Shown: in pieces, positions 1 through 9,423 of the stretch
How positions within the stretch are numbered: the stretch's first letter is position 1
Layout: each line of letters starts with the position of its first letter
Origin: Spirosoma fluviale
GTDB lineage: Bacteria; Bacteroidota; Bacteroidia; Cytophagales; Cyclobacteriaceae
Assembly (NCBI GenBank): GCA_945872775.1
Contig: CAMCBC010000001.1
Span: 1-50,816, forward strand
Length of the DNA: 50,816 bases
Direction of reading: 5' to 3'
Notes under the pieces: model-generated
What the model saw: only the letters and a program-made list of their open reading frames with translations
Database searches by the model: none
Told to the model about the DNA's origin: nothing
Position numbers and translations under genes: made by a program

Positions 1-585
1 TACCATAGCTTCAACGAGCACAAGGCCGTGGAAAAGTTGGTGGAGCGGATGAGAAAAGGAGAAACCTTTGCCTTGATCAGTGATGCCGGTACTCCTGCCA
101 TTTCTGACCCAGGCTTTCTTTTGGTGCGTGAAGTACTCGCCGCAGGGCTCGAAGTACAGTGCCTACCCGGCCCTACTGCTTTTGTTCCTGCACTTGTGGC
201 TAGCGGTTTACCCAACGACCGATTTGTGTTTGAGGGCTTTTTACCTCATAAGAAAGGAAGAAAAACGCGTATCGATGCCTTGATTCATGAGACTCGAACG
301 ATGATTTTTTACGAATCACCCCATCGCTTGCTCAAAACCTTGGAACAACTCTCAGAAGCATTTGGTGCCGATCGACAAGCGGCAGTTGCTCGGGAACTAT
401 CCAAACTGCACGAAGAAACAGCCAGAGGTACCTTGGTGGAGCTTATTGACTACTATCAGGTGAATCCCTTAAAAGGAGAAATCGTGCTCGTAGTGGCAGG
501 TTGTGCCGAACAGCGTGAGACCCGAGCAGAGAAGCAGGAAAAGAAACAGGCGGAATGGAAAAAAGAAAAGAAATCCCGCAATTAA
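1..585 (+). CDS. rsmI: 16S rRNA (cytidine1402-2'-O)-methyltransferase, 5'-truncated by window edge
   Basis: Frame is open from base 1 (YHSFNEHK...). Contains LISDAGTPAISDPG, PGPTA, FEGFLP, FYESPHR and ARELSKLHEE motifs. Confidence 0.95.
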   Translation, partial: YHSFNEHKAVEKLVERMRKGETFALISDAGTPAISDPGFLLVREVLAAGLEVQCLPGPTAFVPALVASGLPNDRFVFEGFLPHKKGRKTRIDALIHETRTMIFYESPHRLLKTLEQLSEAFGADRQAAVARELSKLHEETARGTLVELIDYYQVNPLKGEIVLVVAGCAEQRETRAEKQEKKQAEWKKEKKSRN

Positions 586-604
586 GCACCCTAAACTACT
601 CACT

Positions 605-1420
605 ATGCTGACCAAAGACCAACTCTCCCAACTCTTGGATCTTACGCGAAAGGTTGCGGAAGATGTGGGGACATTTATTGAAAAGGAGCGACGGCATTTT
701 TCCATGGATCGCGTGGAGCACAAGGGTTTTAATGATCTAGTTTCCTATGTAGACAAGGAAGCGGAGCGGCAGTGTGTTTCCCGCTTGCAGGAGATTTTTC
801 CCGAAGCAGGATTCATTACCGAAGAGGGAACCAATACCACGCAGGGAGAAACTTACAACTGGGTGATTGATCCTTTGGATGGGACGACCAACTTTATCCA
901 CGGGCTTCCTGTTTTTGCGGTGAGCATCGGCTTGATGGAGCAGGACGAGGTCGTGCTGGGCGTAGTGTATGAGGTGAATCGGATGGAGACTTTTTATGCC
1001 TACAAGGGTGGTGGGGCCTATTGCAATGGAGTAGCGCTTCAGGTAAGCAAAGCTCCGAACCTTGCAGCTTCCTTGATTGCTACAGGATTTCCCTACTACC
1101 AGTTTGACCTAATCGATCGGTACATGAATATCATGAAATCGCTTATGCAGAAGACCCATGGCCTTCGCAGGCTAGGTTCAGCGGCAGTTGATCTTTGTTA
1201 TGTGGCTGCAGGCAGGTCGGAGGGGTATTTTGAATACAATCTCAATTCGTATGACGTTGCAGCTGGCGTGCTACTCGTGCAGGAAGCAGGTGGACAGGTT
1301 ACGGACTTTGCAGGGGGTAGAGATTTTATTTTTGGGAGACAAGTGGTGGCGACAAACCAATTCATCCACCAAGAGCTTTTGGAGGCTGTGGGAGAGCACT
1401 GGGGAACATCAGCCCAATAA
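605..1420 (+). CDS. suhB: Inositol monophosphatase family protein
   Basis: WVIDPLDGTTNF, RRLGSAAVDL and YDVAAG motifs. ATG at 605 is preferred to 503, which overlaps rsmI. Confidence 0.9.
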   Translation: MLTKDQLSQLLDLTRKVAEDVGTFIEKERRHFSMDRVEHKGFNDLVSYVDKEAERQCVSRLQEIFPEAGFITEEGTNTTQGETYNWVIDPLDGTTNFIHGLPVFAVSIGLMEQDEVVLGVVYEVNRMETFYAYKGGGAYCNGVALQVSKAPNLAASLIATGFPYYQFDLIDRYMNIMKSLMQKTHGLRRLGSAAVDLCYVAAGRSEGYFEYNLNSYDVAAGVLLVQEAGGQVTDFAGGRDFIFGRQVVATNQFIHQELLEAVGEHWGTSAQ

Positions 1421-2314
1421 AAACTGCCAGAGCAGTAAGCTAATCCCACAGAGTGGAATGCCTAGTCCAGCTAGCAAGGTGGCTAGGCGAGGTTGAAGTC
1501 CAAATTCCATAGCTAGGAGTGCGCCCGAAATCATGGGAGCCATTCCGCTTTCTAGAACCATCACCTTCAGCGCAAGACTATCTGATGGTAGGATCAATCC
1601 ATAAATTAACCATACGCAAGCGGGGGCAAGTAGAAGGCGATACCCCAAACCATACCAGAGGTGCTTGTTTTGGGTCCATTTGCTATCCAAAAATAGGGTT
1701 AATCCAATGACTGCCATGGCTATTGGGGCCATGCTCGTTCCAATGGCTTGAAGCCAAGGCAGGAGCATATCGGGTAGAGAAAGTCGGAAGTAGCTCATCA
1801 ACAAGCATCCTAGTAACAAGAGAAACGGAGGGAATAGTACCATTTTTTTAAAGACCTCGAAGGCAGAGCGGCCTCCATCCCCATACCTTGATCCGATGTA
1901 GACTCCTAGCGTGCTGACTAATAAAAAGGAACCTCCCTGGTCAATCAAGAAGGCAGTGGGCAAGGCTGCTTTTCCATACAGTAGCTCCAATATTGGAAAT
2001 CCCAGAAAGGAGGTATTTCCAAGCCCAGAAACCAAGATCAAGCAGCCCGTGGTCCGCCTATCCCATCCCAATTTACTGCCAAGAAAAGCAAAAAATGCCC
2101 AGGATAGCAGGAAGGTAAACCATGCTGAAGAGGGAGCTAGAATCAAATCCCATTTGAGCTGTAGTGGTGGGATGTGAATCATGGCAAGTGCAGGGAGTGC
2201 GAGGTAGATGAGGTAGTTCTTCCCCAAAAGCGCAACTTTTTCCTTAGGAAATCCAGGAAAAAACTGAAGTGCTATACCACAAAAAAGACTGAAAAGAGCA
2301 ATCCAAAGACCCAT
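1409..2314 (-). CDS. AEC (auxin efflux carrier) family transporter
   Basis: Multi-TM protein with GNTSFLGFP and ESGMAP motifs typical of AEC/Mem_trans. Start placed at MGLWIALF. Confidence 0.85.
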   Translation of the reverse strand: MGLWIALFSLFCGIALQFFPGFPKEKVALLGKNYLIYLALPALAMIHIPPLQLKWDLILAPSSAWFTFLLSWAFFAFLGSKLGWDRRTTGCLILVSGLGNTSFLGFPILELLYGKAALPTAFLIDQGGSFLLVSTLGVYIGSRYGDGGRSAFEVFKKMVLFPPFLLLLGCLLMSYFRLSLPDMLLPWLQAIGTSMAPIAMAVIGLTLFLDSKWTQNKHLWYGLGYRLLLAPACVWLIYGLILPSDSLALKVMVLESGMAPMISGALLAMEFGLQPRLATLLAGLGIPLCGISLLLWQFLLG

Positions 2315-2420
2315 AGTGACGGGGTAATGAAGAAGTAATTTTAGAGTAACCGAAAGATAATGTAAACTACTTGTAACCAAATGATTGTCAGTCTAGTTTT
2401 AGTTAAACAATGGGGCAATC

Positions 2421-2648
2421 ATGACAAAACACATTCCGATTTACATTGAAGGCGAAAAATGGATTCCACTCACCTATTTTTCCGATCAAGAAAAAAAGTC
2501 ATTTAAAGAATGGCTTCCAAGCTACCGACTCAAAAAAGTGAAAATGCCTGGTTTGGTGCTTACCGAATGTTTGGATTTCAAAACGTATGCCTGCTGGTTG
2601 CGACTGAAGGAGCTGAGCTATACCAAGGTCCCAATTTTTGATTTTTAA
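2421..2648 (+). CDS. Hypothetical small protein (75 aa)
   Basis: ATG-started ORF filling the gap between flanking genes, with a plausible composition. No recognisable domain. Confidence 0.6.
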   Translation: MTKHIPIYIEGEKWIPLTYFSDQEKKSFKEWLPSYRLKKVKMPGLVLTECLDFKTYACWLRLKELSYTKVPIFDF

Positions 2649-3016
2649 TCTAAGCCTACCTGCTTTCGCTTGGTGTCAAAGTAACTTTTTAGTTGCGGGT
2701 ACCAGTCGCTTTCGGTTTCTGGAAACCCATCCAGAACCAGTTCCATATTGCCTTCTATCCCATCTTGGTTGAGCTGCATCCCCTCAATCAGGTAGATGAC
2801 TTCCTCCAAACTTAAGGGCTCTTCACTAGAGCTCGGGTACAGGAGGTAGTCGTTGCCATAAAAATCCACTGCTTCGTACTGAATTTTTTGATCTATCGCA
2901 TGCCCATAGATGCTGATTTGCTCCCCCCAAGTACTTTCTGGGTAATGCAATCGCAGCAGCAGCACAGAAGTGATGCCTTCGGAAAAATACGTGGGCGGTC
3001 TAAATAAAAAGTCCAT
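2645..3016 (-). CDS. Hypothetical acidic protein
   Basis: ORF 2645..3058, with the likely ATG at 3016 (MDFLFRPPTYF). No recognisable domain. Confidence 0.7.
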   Translation of the reverse strand: MDFLFRPPTYFSEGITSVLLLRLHYPESTWGEQISIYGHAIDQKIQYEAVDFYGNDYLLYPSSSEEPLSLEEVIYLIEGMQLNQDGIEGNMELVLDGFPETESDWYPQLKSYFDTKRKQVGLD

Positions 3017-3134
3017 AAGTCCTTGAATTGGACTATAAAGTACTGCATTTCTCCTCAAGAATGGAAAAGGGGATTCGTTTTTTGGTGGCTAAAGAGAAAT
3101 TTCAATTTAAGTAAGTCACAAGTGGACCATTGGA

Positions 3135-3165
3135 TTGGATAATCAGGACTTTAAGGCTATTTTTG
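3135..3165 (+). promoter_or_regulatory. Bacteroidota housekeeping promoter for glyA-tatC-rpiB
   Basis: TTG (3135-37)-N20-TATTTTTG (3158-65) matches the -33/-7 consensus TTG-N19-21-TAnnTTTG. Confidence 0.6.
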
Positions 3166-3232
3166 AATTTCCGATTTCACCTGAGATTTTACATTTCCCG
3201 ATAGATTTTATTGCGTTTAGCATTACTCGATT

Positions 3233-4501
3233 ATGAAAAGAGATACACTAATTTTTGACCTTATTTCCAAAGAAGAGGACAGACAAAAGAGAGGCATCGA
3301 ACTGATTGCTTCTGAGAACTTTACTTCCAAGCAAGTGATGGAAGCTGCCGGCAGCGTACTGACCAACAAGTATGCGGAAGGGCTTCCGAGCAAGCGGTAT
3401 TATGGCGGTTGTGAAGTGGTGGATGAGATTGAGCAGTTGGCGATTGATCGTGCCAAAAAATTATTTGGTGCTGCTTGGGCCAACGTACAGCCGCACTCTG
3501 GGGCGCAGGCAAATGCTGCAGTATTTCTCGCCTGCCTGAATGCTGGAGATGCAATTTTGGGTTTTGATCTTGCCCATGGAGGCCACCTCACGCATGGTTC
3601 TCCTGTCAATTTTTCAGGGAAGCTTTATCAGGCCAATTTTTACGGCGTGGAAGAAGCTACAGGGATAATCGATTACGACAAGGTGGCGGAGAAGGCAATC
3701 GCCGTTCAGCCAAAAATGATTATTTGTGGGGCTTCTGCCTATTCAAGAGACTGGGATTATGCCCGTCTTCGCGAGATCGCCGATGAGGTGGATGCCTTGT
3801 TGCTTGCGGATATTTCTCACCCATCCGGCTTGATTGCTAGAGGACTTCTCAACGATCCTTTGGAGCATTGCCATATTGTGACTACAACGACACATAAGAC
3901 GCTTCGTGGTCCTAGAGGTGGTTTGATCATGATGCGCGAAGATTTTGACAATCCTTGGGGTTTGACTACGCCTAAGGGAGAAATTAGAAAAATGTCTGCG
4001 CTTTTGGATATGGGAGTGTTCCCAGGAACGCAAGGTGGTCCTTTGGAACACATCATTGCGGCCAAGGCAATCGCTTTTGAGGAAGCACTTTCGGATGAGT
4101 ACATGGACTATGTTGTTCAAGTCAAATTGAATGCTTCGGTGATGGCTGATGAATTTGTATCTCGTGGATACAAGCTTATTTCAGGAGGAACAGACAATCA
4201 CCTGATGCTAATTGACCTTCGGAATAAGGACTTGACCGGTAAGCTTGCAGAGGAAACGCTCGGAAAAGTGGACATCACGATCAACAAAAACATGGTTCCT
4301 TTCGATACGAAGTCTCCTTTTGTAACTTCTGGAATGCGCGTAGGAACTGCTGCAGTGACTACCCGTGGACTGAAGGAAGCGGACATGAAAAAAATCGTGG
4401 ATCTTATCGATAGAGCCCTTCAACATCATGCTGACGATGCTGCACTTGCACAAATCAAGTCGGAAGTCAATGCATGGATGGTTCAATTTCCTTTGTATTA
4501 A
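3233..4501 (+). CDS. glyA: Serine hydroxymethyltransferase
   Basis: [22 protein letters not shown] and the PLP-lysine motif [14 protein letters not shown]. Confidence 0.99.
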   Translation: MKRDTLIFDLISKEEDRQKRGIELIASENFTSKQVMEAAGSVLTNKYAEGLPSKRYYGGCEVVDEIEQLAIDRAKKLFGAAWANVQPHSGAQANAAVFLACLNAGDAILGFDLAHGGHLTHGSPVNFSGKLYQANFYGVEEATGIIDYDKVAEKAIAVQPKMIICGASAYSRDWDYARLREIADEVDALLLADISHPSGLIARGLLNDPLEHCHIVTTTTHKTLRGPRGGLIMMREDFDNPWGLTTPKGEIRKMSALLDMGVFPGTQGGPLEHIIAAKAIAFEEALSDEYMDYVVQVKLNASVMADEFVSRGYKLISGGTDNHLMLIDLRNKDLTGKLAEETLGKVDITINKNMVPFDTKSPFVTSGMRVGTAAVTTRGLKEADMKKIVDLIDRALQHHADDAALAQIKSEVNAWMVQFPLY

Positions 4502-4516
4502 TCCAAATAGTTTAAA

Positions 4517-5374
4517 GTGGCCTTAGATCAATATAAAGACGAAGAAGAAGAGGGTGGAATGTCCTTTTTGGATCATTTGGAAGCCTTACGCTGGCATATT
4601 CTGCGAGCAGTCTCTGCGGTACTGATTTTTTCAGTAGCTGCATTTATTGCGAAAGACTTCATTTTCGGGGTGTTGATCTTGGGACCATCCAAAGTTGATT
4701 TCTGGACCTATCGGGTCCTTTGTGATTTGGGTAATTTCCTGAACACTCCTGCACTTTGTATCGATCAATTGCCGTTCACGATTCAAAGCCGTCAGATGAC
4801 TGGACAGTTTTCCATGCACATGACTTCCAGTATTGTGGTGGGCCTAGTAGCTGCCTTTCCCTACTTGTTTTGGGAGGTATGGCGATTCATTAGCCCAGGC
4901 TTATACGAAAAAGAGCGGGGCGCAGCTCGAGGTGCAGTGGCCTTTGTAAGTTTTCTTTTCCTTTCAGGAGCAACATTTGGGTACTATGTTCTTACTCCAA
5001 TGTCGATCAACTTCCTCGCCAACTACCAGGTGGACCCTAGCATTGCGAATGAATTTGACATCACCTCCTATGTCTCTACCCTGACCATGTTGGTGTTGGC
5101 TTCTGCAATCATGTTCCAGCTGCCTGTGGTGGTTTACTTTTTGTCCATGTCTGGCTTGGTGACTTCCAAGATGTTGAAAACATACCGAAGACACTCTATC
5201 GTTATCATCCTAATTGTATCTGCGATCATTACTCCCCCTGATGTGGTGAGCCAGTTGTTGATTGCCATGCCCATCCTGGTGTTGTACGAGGTAGGGATAC
5301 TGATAGCCAAGCGTTTGGAGAAAAAAAGAGCGATTAAGCAAGCCGAATTTGACCGCAATAAAGACGCTGAATAA
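4517..5374 (+). CDS. tatC: Twin-arginine translocase subunit TatC
   Basis: MSFLDHLEALR, WRFISPGLY, FQLP and AIITPPD motifs. GTG start. Confidence 0.97.
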   Translation: MALDQYKDEEEEGGMSFLDHLEALRWHILRAVSAVLIFSVAAFIAKDFIFGVLILGPSKVDFWTYRVLCDLGNFLNTPALCIDQLPFTIQSRQMTGQFSMHMTSSIVVGLVAAFPYLFWEVWRFISPGLYEKERGAARGAVAFVSFLFLSGATFGYYVLTPMSINFLANYQVDPSIANEFDITSYVSTLTMLVLASAIMFQLPVVVYFLSMSGLVTSKMLKTYRRHSIVIILIVSAIITPPDVVSQLLIAMPILVLYEVGILIAKRLEKKRAIKQAEFDRNKDAE

Positions 5375-5377
5375 GTG

Positions 5378-5815
5378 ATGACAAAGCGAATCGCAATCGG
5401 TGGAGACCATGCAGGTGTAGGATACAAGGAGCAGCTAAAGCAGCACTTGGGCACACTTGGCTATGCCGTGCAGGACTTTGGACCCTTTTCCACTGCTTCT
5501 GTAGATTATCCAGATTACGTACATCCGCTTTCACTAGCTATAGAAGCTGGGGAATATGACTTCGGAATCGTGATTTGTGGGAGTGGAAATGGAGTAGCCA
5601 TCACAGCCAATAAGCACCAAGGCATTCGTGCGGCACTTTGCTGGAATGAGGAGTTGGCCGCCTTGTCACGGCAGCACAACGATGCGAATGTGCTCGCCAT
5701 CCCTGCTCGATTTATTTCCTATGAGTTGGCCGAAAAGATGGCTGAACTCTTTTTAACCACCCCATTTGAAGGGGGGAGGCACCAAAGCCGGGTCACTAAA
5801 ATTGCCTGTTCCTAG
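5378..5815 (+). CDS. rpiB: Ribose-5-phosphate isomerase B
   Basis: IGGDHAG, SVDYPD, ICGSGNG, GIRAALC and RQHNDANVL motifs. Confidence 0.97.
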   Translation: MTKRIAIGGDHAGVGYKEQLKQHLGTLGYAVQDFGPFSTASVDYPDYVHPLSLAIEAGEYDFGIVICGSGNGVAITANKHQGIRAALCWNEELAALSRQHNDANVLAIPARFISYELAEKMAELFLTTPFEGGRHQSRVTKIACS

Positions 5816-5822
5816 GATATCA

Positions 5823-5857
5823 AAAAGGGTCTTGATTTTTAAAATCAAGACCCTTTT
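5823..5857. terminator. Bidirectional intrinsic terminator (perfect 17-bp inverted repeat)
   Basis: AAAAGGGTCTTGATTTT-T-AAAATCAAGACCCTTTT between the convergent rpiB and S8 peptidase genes. Confidence 0.8.
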
Positions 5858-5881
5858 CTTTTAAGATAGCCATTTGGCGAT

Positions 5882-7489
5882 TTATTTTTTTCCAGCTAGT
5901 TGGTCTGCAAGGAGCAGGGCGGTGTAGAGGTTTGCAATTTTTCCTGAAGTACAGAGGTCTTCCAATGCGTGTTCTTGATCCCCTACCCGAACTTGGAGGG
6001 GAACGTTCAGACCGGAATCTAAAATGACCCCCTTCACCTGCACAGCAGAGAGTTGAGGATAGAGCGATCGAATCACTGCGGCCATCCCTGCCACAGCAGG
6101 TGCAGCCATGGAGGTGCCTCCTTCAAATCCATAGGAATCGACTGGTAGCGTGGAGTAGATTTCCTCTCCAGGGGCAAAAATATCCACACTCCGCTTTCCA
6201 TAATTGGAAAATGAGGCAATCATATCAGGACCATAGTTTGGTGTCAAAGCGCCTACGGTCAAGTAATTGTCATTCATCGGTGAGGGCAGCTGGCTGTACT
6301 GATCATTTGGATAATTGCTGTTTTCAGGATCATCCAAATCAACTCCATCATTGCCTGCGGCATGTACGAAAAGCACATCCTTTGCAGCAGCATATTGCAG
6401 GGCTTCTTGTACCCAAGAGGCATTGGGAGAGAGTTTCTTTCCAAAGCTGGCATTGATCACCTTTGCACCCTGATCTACGGCGTATCGGATGGCCAAGGCA
6501 ATATCCTTGTCGTATTCATCTCCATCAGGCACGGCGCGTAAAGCCATTATTTGTACCCCTTGAGCCACTCCCTTCATTCCTTTTTTGGTAGCTCTGTTTG
6601 CCGCCAAAATCCCTGCAACATGGGTACCATGGCTTTCGCTGTCTTTGCGATGGGTTGGATTGCCGTTTCCGTAGGTTTTATCCTGGATATCGTAAGGATT
6701 GTCTCCAACAGGTTTTCTCCCATCAAATTCGAGGTTCAGGTTGAAATCCAATCGAGACTGGTAGTACACAATTCCTTCCCTCAAATCTGCCAGTGCCGAG
6801 GGAATGTCCTGGCCCATTCCCAATACCTGATTTACCATCCATATTGCTCGTTCTTCCTCCTCGCCTTCAGGGACATAACTTTCAAGATCTTTCAGGGTAT
6901 AGCTTTCCTTCCCTAGTTTTTTCTGGAGGGTTTGATGGGCAGCACTGATGAATTTTTCAATCTGTTCAAATTGAGGCACGGATGCTTTAGCGGCTGCGAG
7001 CTCTGTTTCATAGAGTGCGCTTGCCTTTTTTTGAAGGATCGGATCCCCTAAATTTTTGGCGAGAATCCGCACAAACTCAAGTTGCTCCTCGGAGGATTCC
7101 CCCAAAAAATTATAGCCATGCACATCGTCCACATAGCCATTTTGGTCGTTGTCAATCCCATCTCCAGCAATCTCCTTTGGGTTTTTCCAAAGTACATTCT
7201 TAAGATCTTCATGTGCAAGGTCAATGCCAGAGTCAATGATGGCTACCAATATGGGTTGCCCTTTTCTCTTTTTGATGAGTTCAGCATAGGCACGATCGAT
7301 ACTCATCCCGGGTACCGTATCTTGGATAGGATCCAAATGCGCCCAGCGGAGCATCTCCTTTTCGGTCAAAGGCCGGGTTCTAGCAACAGGGCTCAATGCC
7401 TTAGTGGGTCCCTGGGCCAAGACTGCGGCACTGCTGGCGATAAGGCTGATTATTCCAAGTAAAAGGAAGCGGGTTGGGGTGATTTTCAT
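5882..7489 (-). CDS. Secreted S8 (subtilisin-family) serine peptidase
   Basis: Signal peptide. Catalytic motifs AIIDSG, HGTHVAG and GTSMAAP, plus oxyanion-hole motif AAGN. Confidence 0.95.
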   Translation of the reverse strand: MKITPTRFLLLGIISLIASSAAVLAQGPTKALSPVARTRPLTEKEMLRWAHLDPIQDTVPGMSIDRAYAELIKKRKGQPILVAIIDSGIDLAHEDLKNVLWKNPKEIAGDGIDNDQNGYVDDVHGYNFLGESSEEQLEFVRILAKNLGDPILQKKASALYETELAAAKASVPQFEQIEKFISAAHQTLQKKLGKESYTLKDLESYVPEGEEEERAIWMVNQVLGMGQDIPSALADLREGIVYYQSRLDFNLNLEFDGRKPVGDNPYDIQDKTYGNGNPTHRKDSESHGTHVAGILAANRATKKGMKGVAQGVQIMALRAVPDGDEYDKDIALAIRYAVDQGAKVINASFGKKLSPNASWVQEALQYAAAKDVLFVHAAGNDGVDLDDPENSNYPNDQYSQLPSPMNDNYLTVGALTPNYGPDMIASFSNYGKRSVDIFAPGEEIYSTLPVDSYGFEGGTSMAAPAVAGMAAVIRSLYPQLSAVQVKGVILDSGLNVPLQVRVGDQEHALEDLCTSGKIANLYTALLLADQLAGKK

Positions 7490-7541
7490 AGCGAGTGAAG
7501 GCGGGTTTGCAGGGGTTTATGTGTTTGCAAAATCTTGTGGA

Positions 7542-8948
7542 TCACCTGCGTGATTCTTGATTTAGGGTATAAACACCCGGATTGGAAAGGGAATAAAATT
7601 CCTTGAGTGCAGGCAATTCCTCAAGTAAGTCTTTAAATAGGCCATCCTTATCGAGGACCTGTTTCGGCTGTTGGCGTCGAATCATTTGGAATACCTGGGC
7701 TTTTTGCTGCAAGGTTTTTTCCTGCTTGAGGTAACTGATGGACATGTGGTAATTCAAAAATGGGCCATCCAAAGATTTATAACGGTAGGGAGAAGGGTCA
7801 TTTTCAAGAACCATTACGCCTGTTTGCCTTGAGAGCGTATTTTCATCTGTAGCTGCCACAAAATAAGAACTGTCTACAGCGATTCGATCATCCCAATAGT
7901 TCAATGTCCAAAGGGGCAAGACCAACACCAACCCAAAAAAGGCAGGTCGAATGAGAAGTGTCCAGCTGAAGTGAAGAAAAAACTGGCTGATAAAGTAGCT
8001 CAATCCAGGTAAAAATACGACAAGCTGGTAGGAAGCATTATTCTTTACAAGGAAAAATAGGCCTGCAGAAAACAACAGCCAGATTACAATAAGCTGTCTT
8101 TGCTTTTGTTGGTTGATAGTTGCTCCACGAAAAAAGGAGCTGATTGCAAAACCAATCAATGCGAGCACAAGGGGTAAGGCTCCAGGCGCAAGCCAGCTGA
8201 GGGAGGGCTGGTACACATAGTTGAGGTAAGTGAAACCAATCGGCCAAACTTGTAAGGCTTGTTCCAGTCCATCTTTCCAAAAGTAAAAAACCAAAATGAG
8301 CAAGAGGGGAAGGAAAAAGCCCATGATGGCTAGAAACAGTTGGCGTACGGTAAAGCTAGAGATCGCCAAAGCGGTGAAGACAAGAAAGGGAAGGAAAAAA
8401 ACAAAATTCCAGTGGAAGCCAGTAGCGAGACCCCCATAAATCCCAATGAGCAAGGTAGATTCACTGCTTTCTTTTTGGAGGACTGTATGTGAGAATAGCT
8501 GTCCAAAAGCCAACAGCAAAAAAGTACTTCCCAGAAGCGTTGGGGATAAGTACATCAGGTCAAAGGAAAAATGAAACAGGGCAGCCATCACAATCGCTGG
8601 CAAATAGGTGTTTTCATCAAATACACGGTACTTGATCAGGGTGCTGTTCCAGTAGTAAATCTGAAAAAAAACAAAAATTTTTCCAAGGAGGATGTAGGCA
8701 ATTGGGCTTCTTCCAAAAAGGATGTGTAATCCCGTGAAAACTCCTGCAGAGAGGGGACCGGTATCATCAATCACATCGACATAAAGAAGGTATCCTTCAC
8801 TTAAACGCTCCCCCAAGACCATCCACATCAAGGAGGGAGTGGTGCTTGGAAATGAGAAAAAAACCCAAGAGATTACACTAAACAAGATGACATAGAGTAG
8901 AATACCAACTAGGCGAATGGGGTCGTTTACTCTGAAAAAATTGAACAA
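7542..8948 (-). CDS. Conserved polytopic membrane protein (DUF6427-like; possible GT-C fold glycosyltransferase)
   Basis: TTG start, about 10-11 hydrophobic segments, an acidic LYVDVIDDTGPL loop after TM1 and a soluble C-terminus. Confidence 0.7.
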   Translation of the reverse strand: MFNFFRVNDPIRLVGILLYVILFSVISWVFFSFPSTTPSLMWMVLGERLSEGYLLYVDVIDDTGPLSAGVFTGLHILFGRSPIAYILLGKIFVFFQIYYWNSTLIKYRVFDENTYLPAIVMAALFHFSFDLMYLSPTLLGSTFLLLAFGQLFSHTVLQKESSESTLLIGIYGGLATGFHWNFVFFLPFLVFTALAISSFTVRQLFLAIMGFFLPLLLILVFYFWKDGLEQALQVWPIGFTYLNYVYQPSLSWLAPGALPLVLALIGFAISSFFRGATINQQKQRQLIVIWLLFSAGLFFLVKNNASYQLVVFLPGLSYFISQFFLHFSWTLLIRPAFFGLVLVLPLWTLNYWDDRIAVDSSYFVAATDENTLSRQTGVMVLENDPSPYRYKSLDGPFLNYHMSISYLKQEKTLQQKAQVFQMIRRQQPKQVLDKDGLFKDLLEELPALKEFYSLSNPGVYTLNQESRR

Positions 8949-9005
8949 GGTGGATAGGGGGTATTTGGTTTTGACTCGAAATTAAAGCATGCCCAAGTAT
9001 TTCGC

Positions 9006-9013
9006 TAAATTTG
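9006..9013 (+). promoter_or_regulatory. -7 element of rbfA promoter
   Basis: TAAATTTG (TAnnTTTG) ending 17 nt before the rbfA ATG. Confidence 0.55.
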
Positions 9014-9030
9014 CATCATAAATACTTCAG

Positions 9031-9408
9031 ATGGAAAGCAAAAGACAATTAAAATACGCAAAATTAATTCAAAAGGAGCTGGGGGACATTTTCCAAAAAG
9101 AGGCCAAGCACTTGGTAGGCTCCACCTTGGTGACCATTACTCGGGTCATGATGAGTCCTGATTTGGGATTTGCCAAAGCCTACCTCAGTTTTTTGTTGCC
9201 CAATCCAAAGGCACAATTTGATGCAATCAATGAACACAAAAAGGAAATTCGCCATGCTTTGGCCAAGCGTATCGGAAAATCAGTTCGCGTGATTCCTGAA
9301 TTGGCGTTTTTCTCTGATGAGTCTGCCACCTATGCGCAGCACATGGATAAAGTGATTTCAGATTTACACATTCCCCCTGCTCCCGAAGAGGAGGAGGAAG
9401 AGGATTAA
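9031..9408 (+). CDS. rbfA: Ribosome-binding factor A
   Basis: RQLKYAKLIQKEL, VTITRVMMSPDL and RVIPELAFFSD motifs. Confidence 0.95.
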   Translation: MESKRQLKYAKLIQKELGDIFQKEAKHLVGSTLVTITRVMMSPDLGFAKAYLSFLLPNPKAQFDAINEHKKEIRHALAKRIGKSVRVIPELAFFSDESATYAQHMDKVISDLHIPPAPEEEEEED

Positions 9409-9423
9409 CCATCGATCAAACTC

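Noticed and set aside
503-604. Basic N-terminal extension of the suhB ORF
   Set aside because: It is an off-frame reading of the Lys/Glu-rich rsmI tail. The ATG at 605 gives a normal-length protein.
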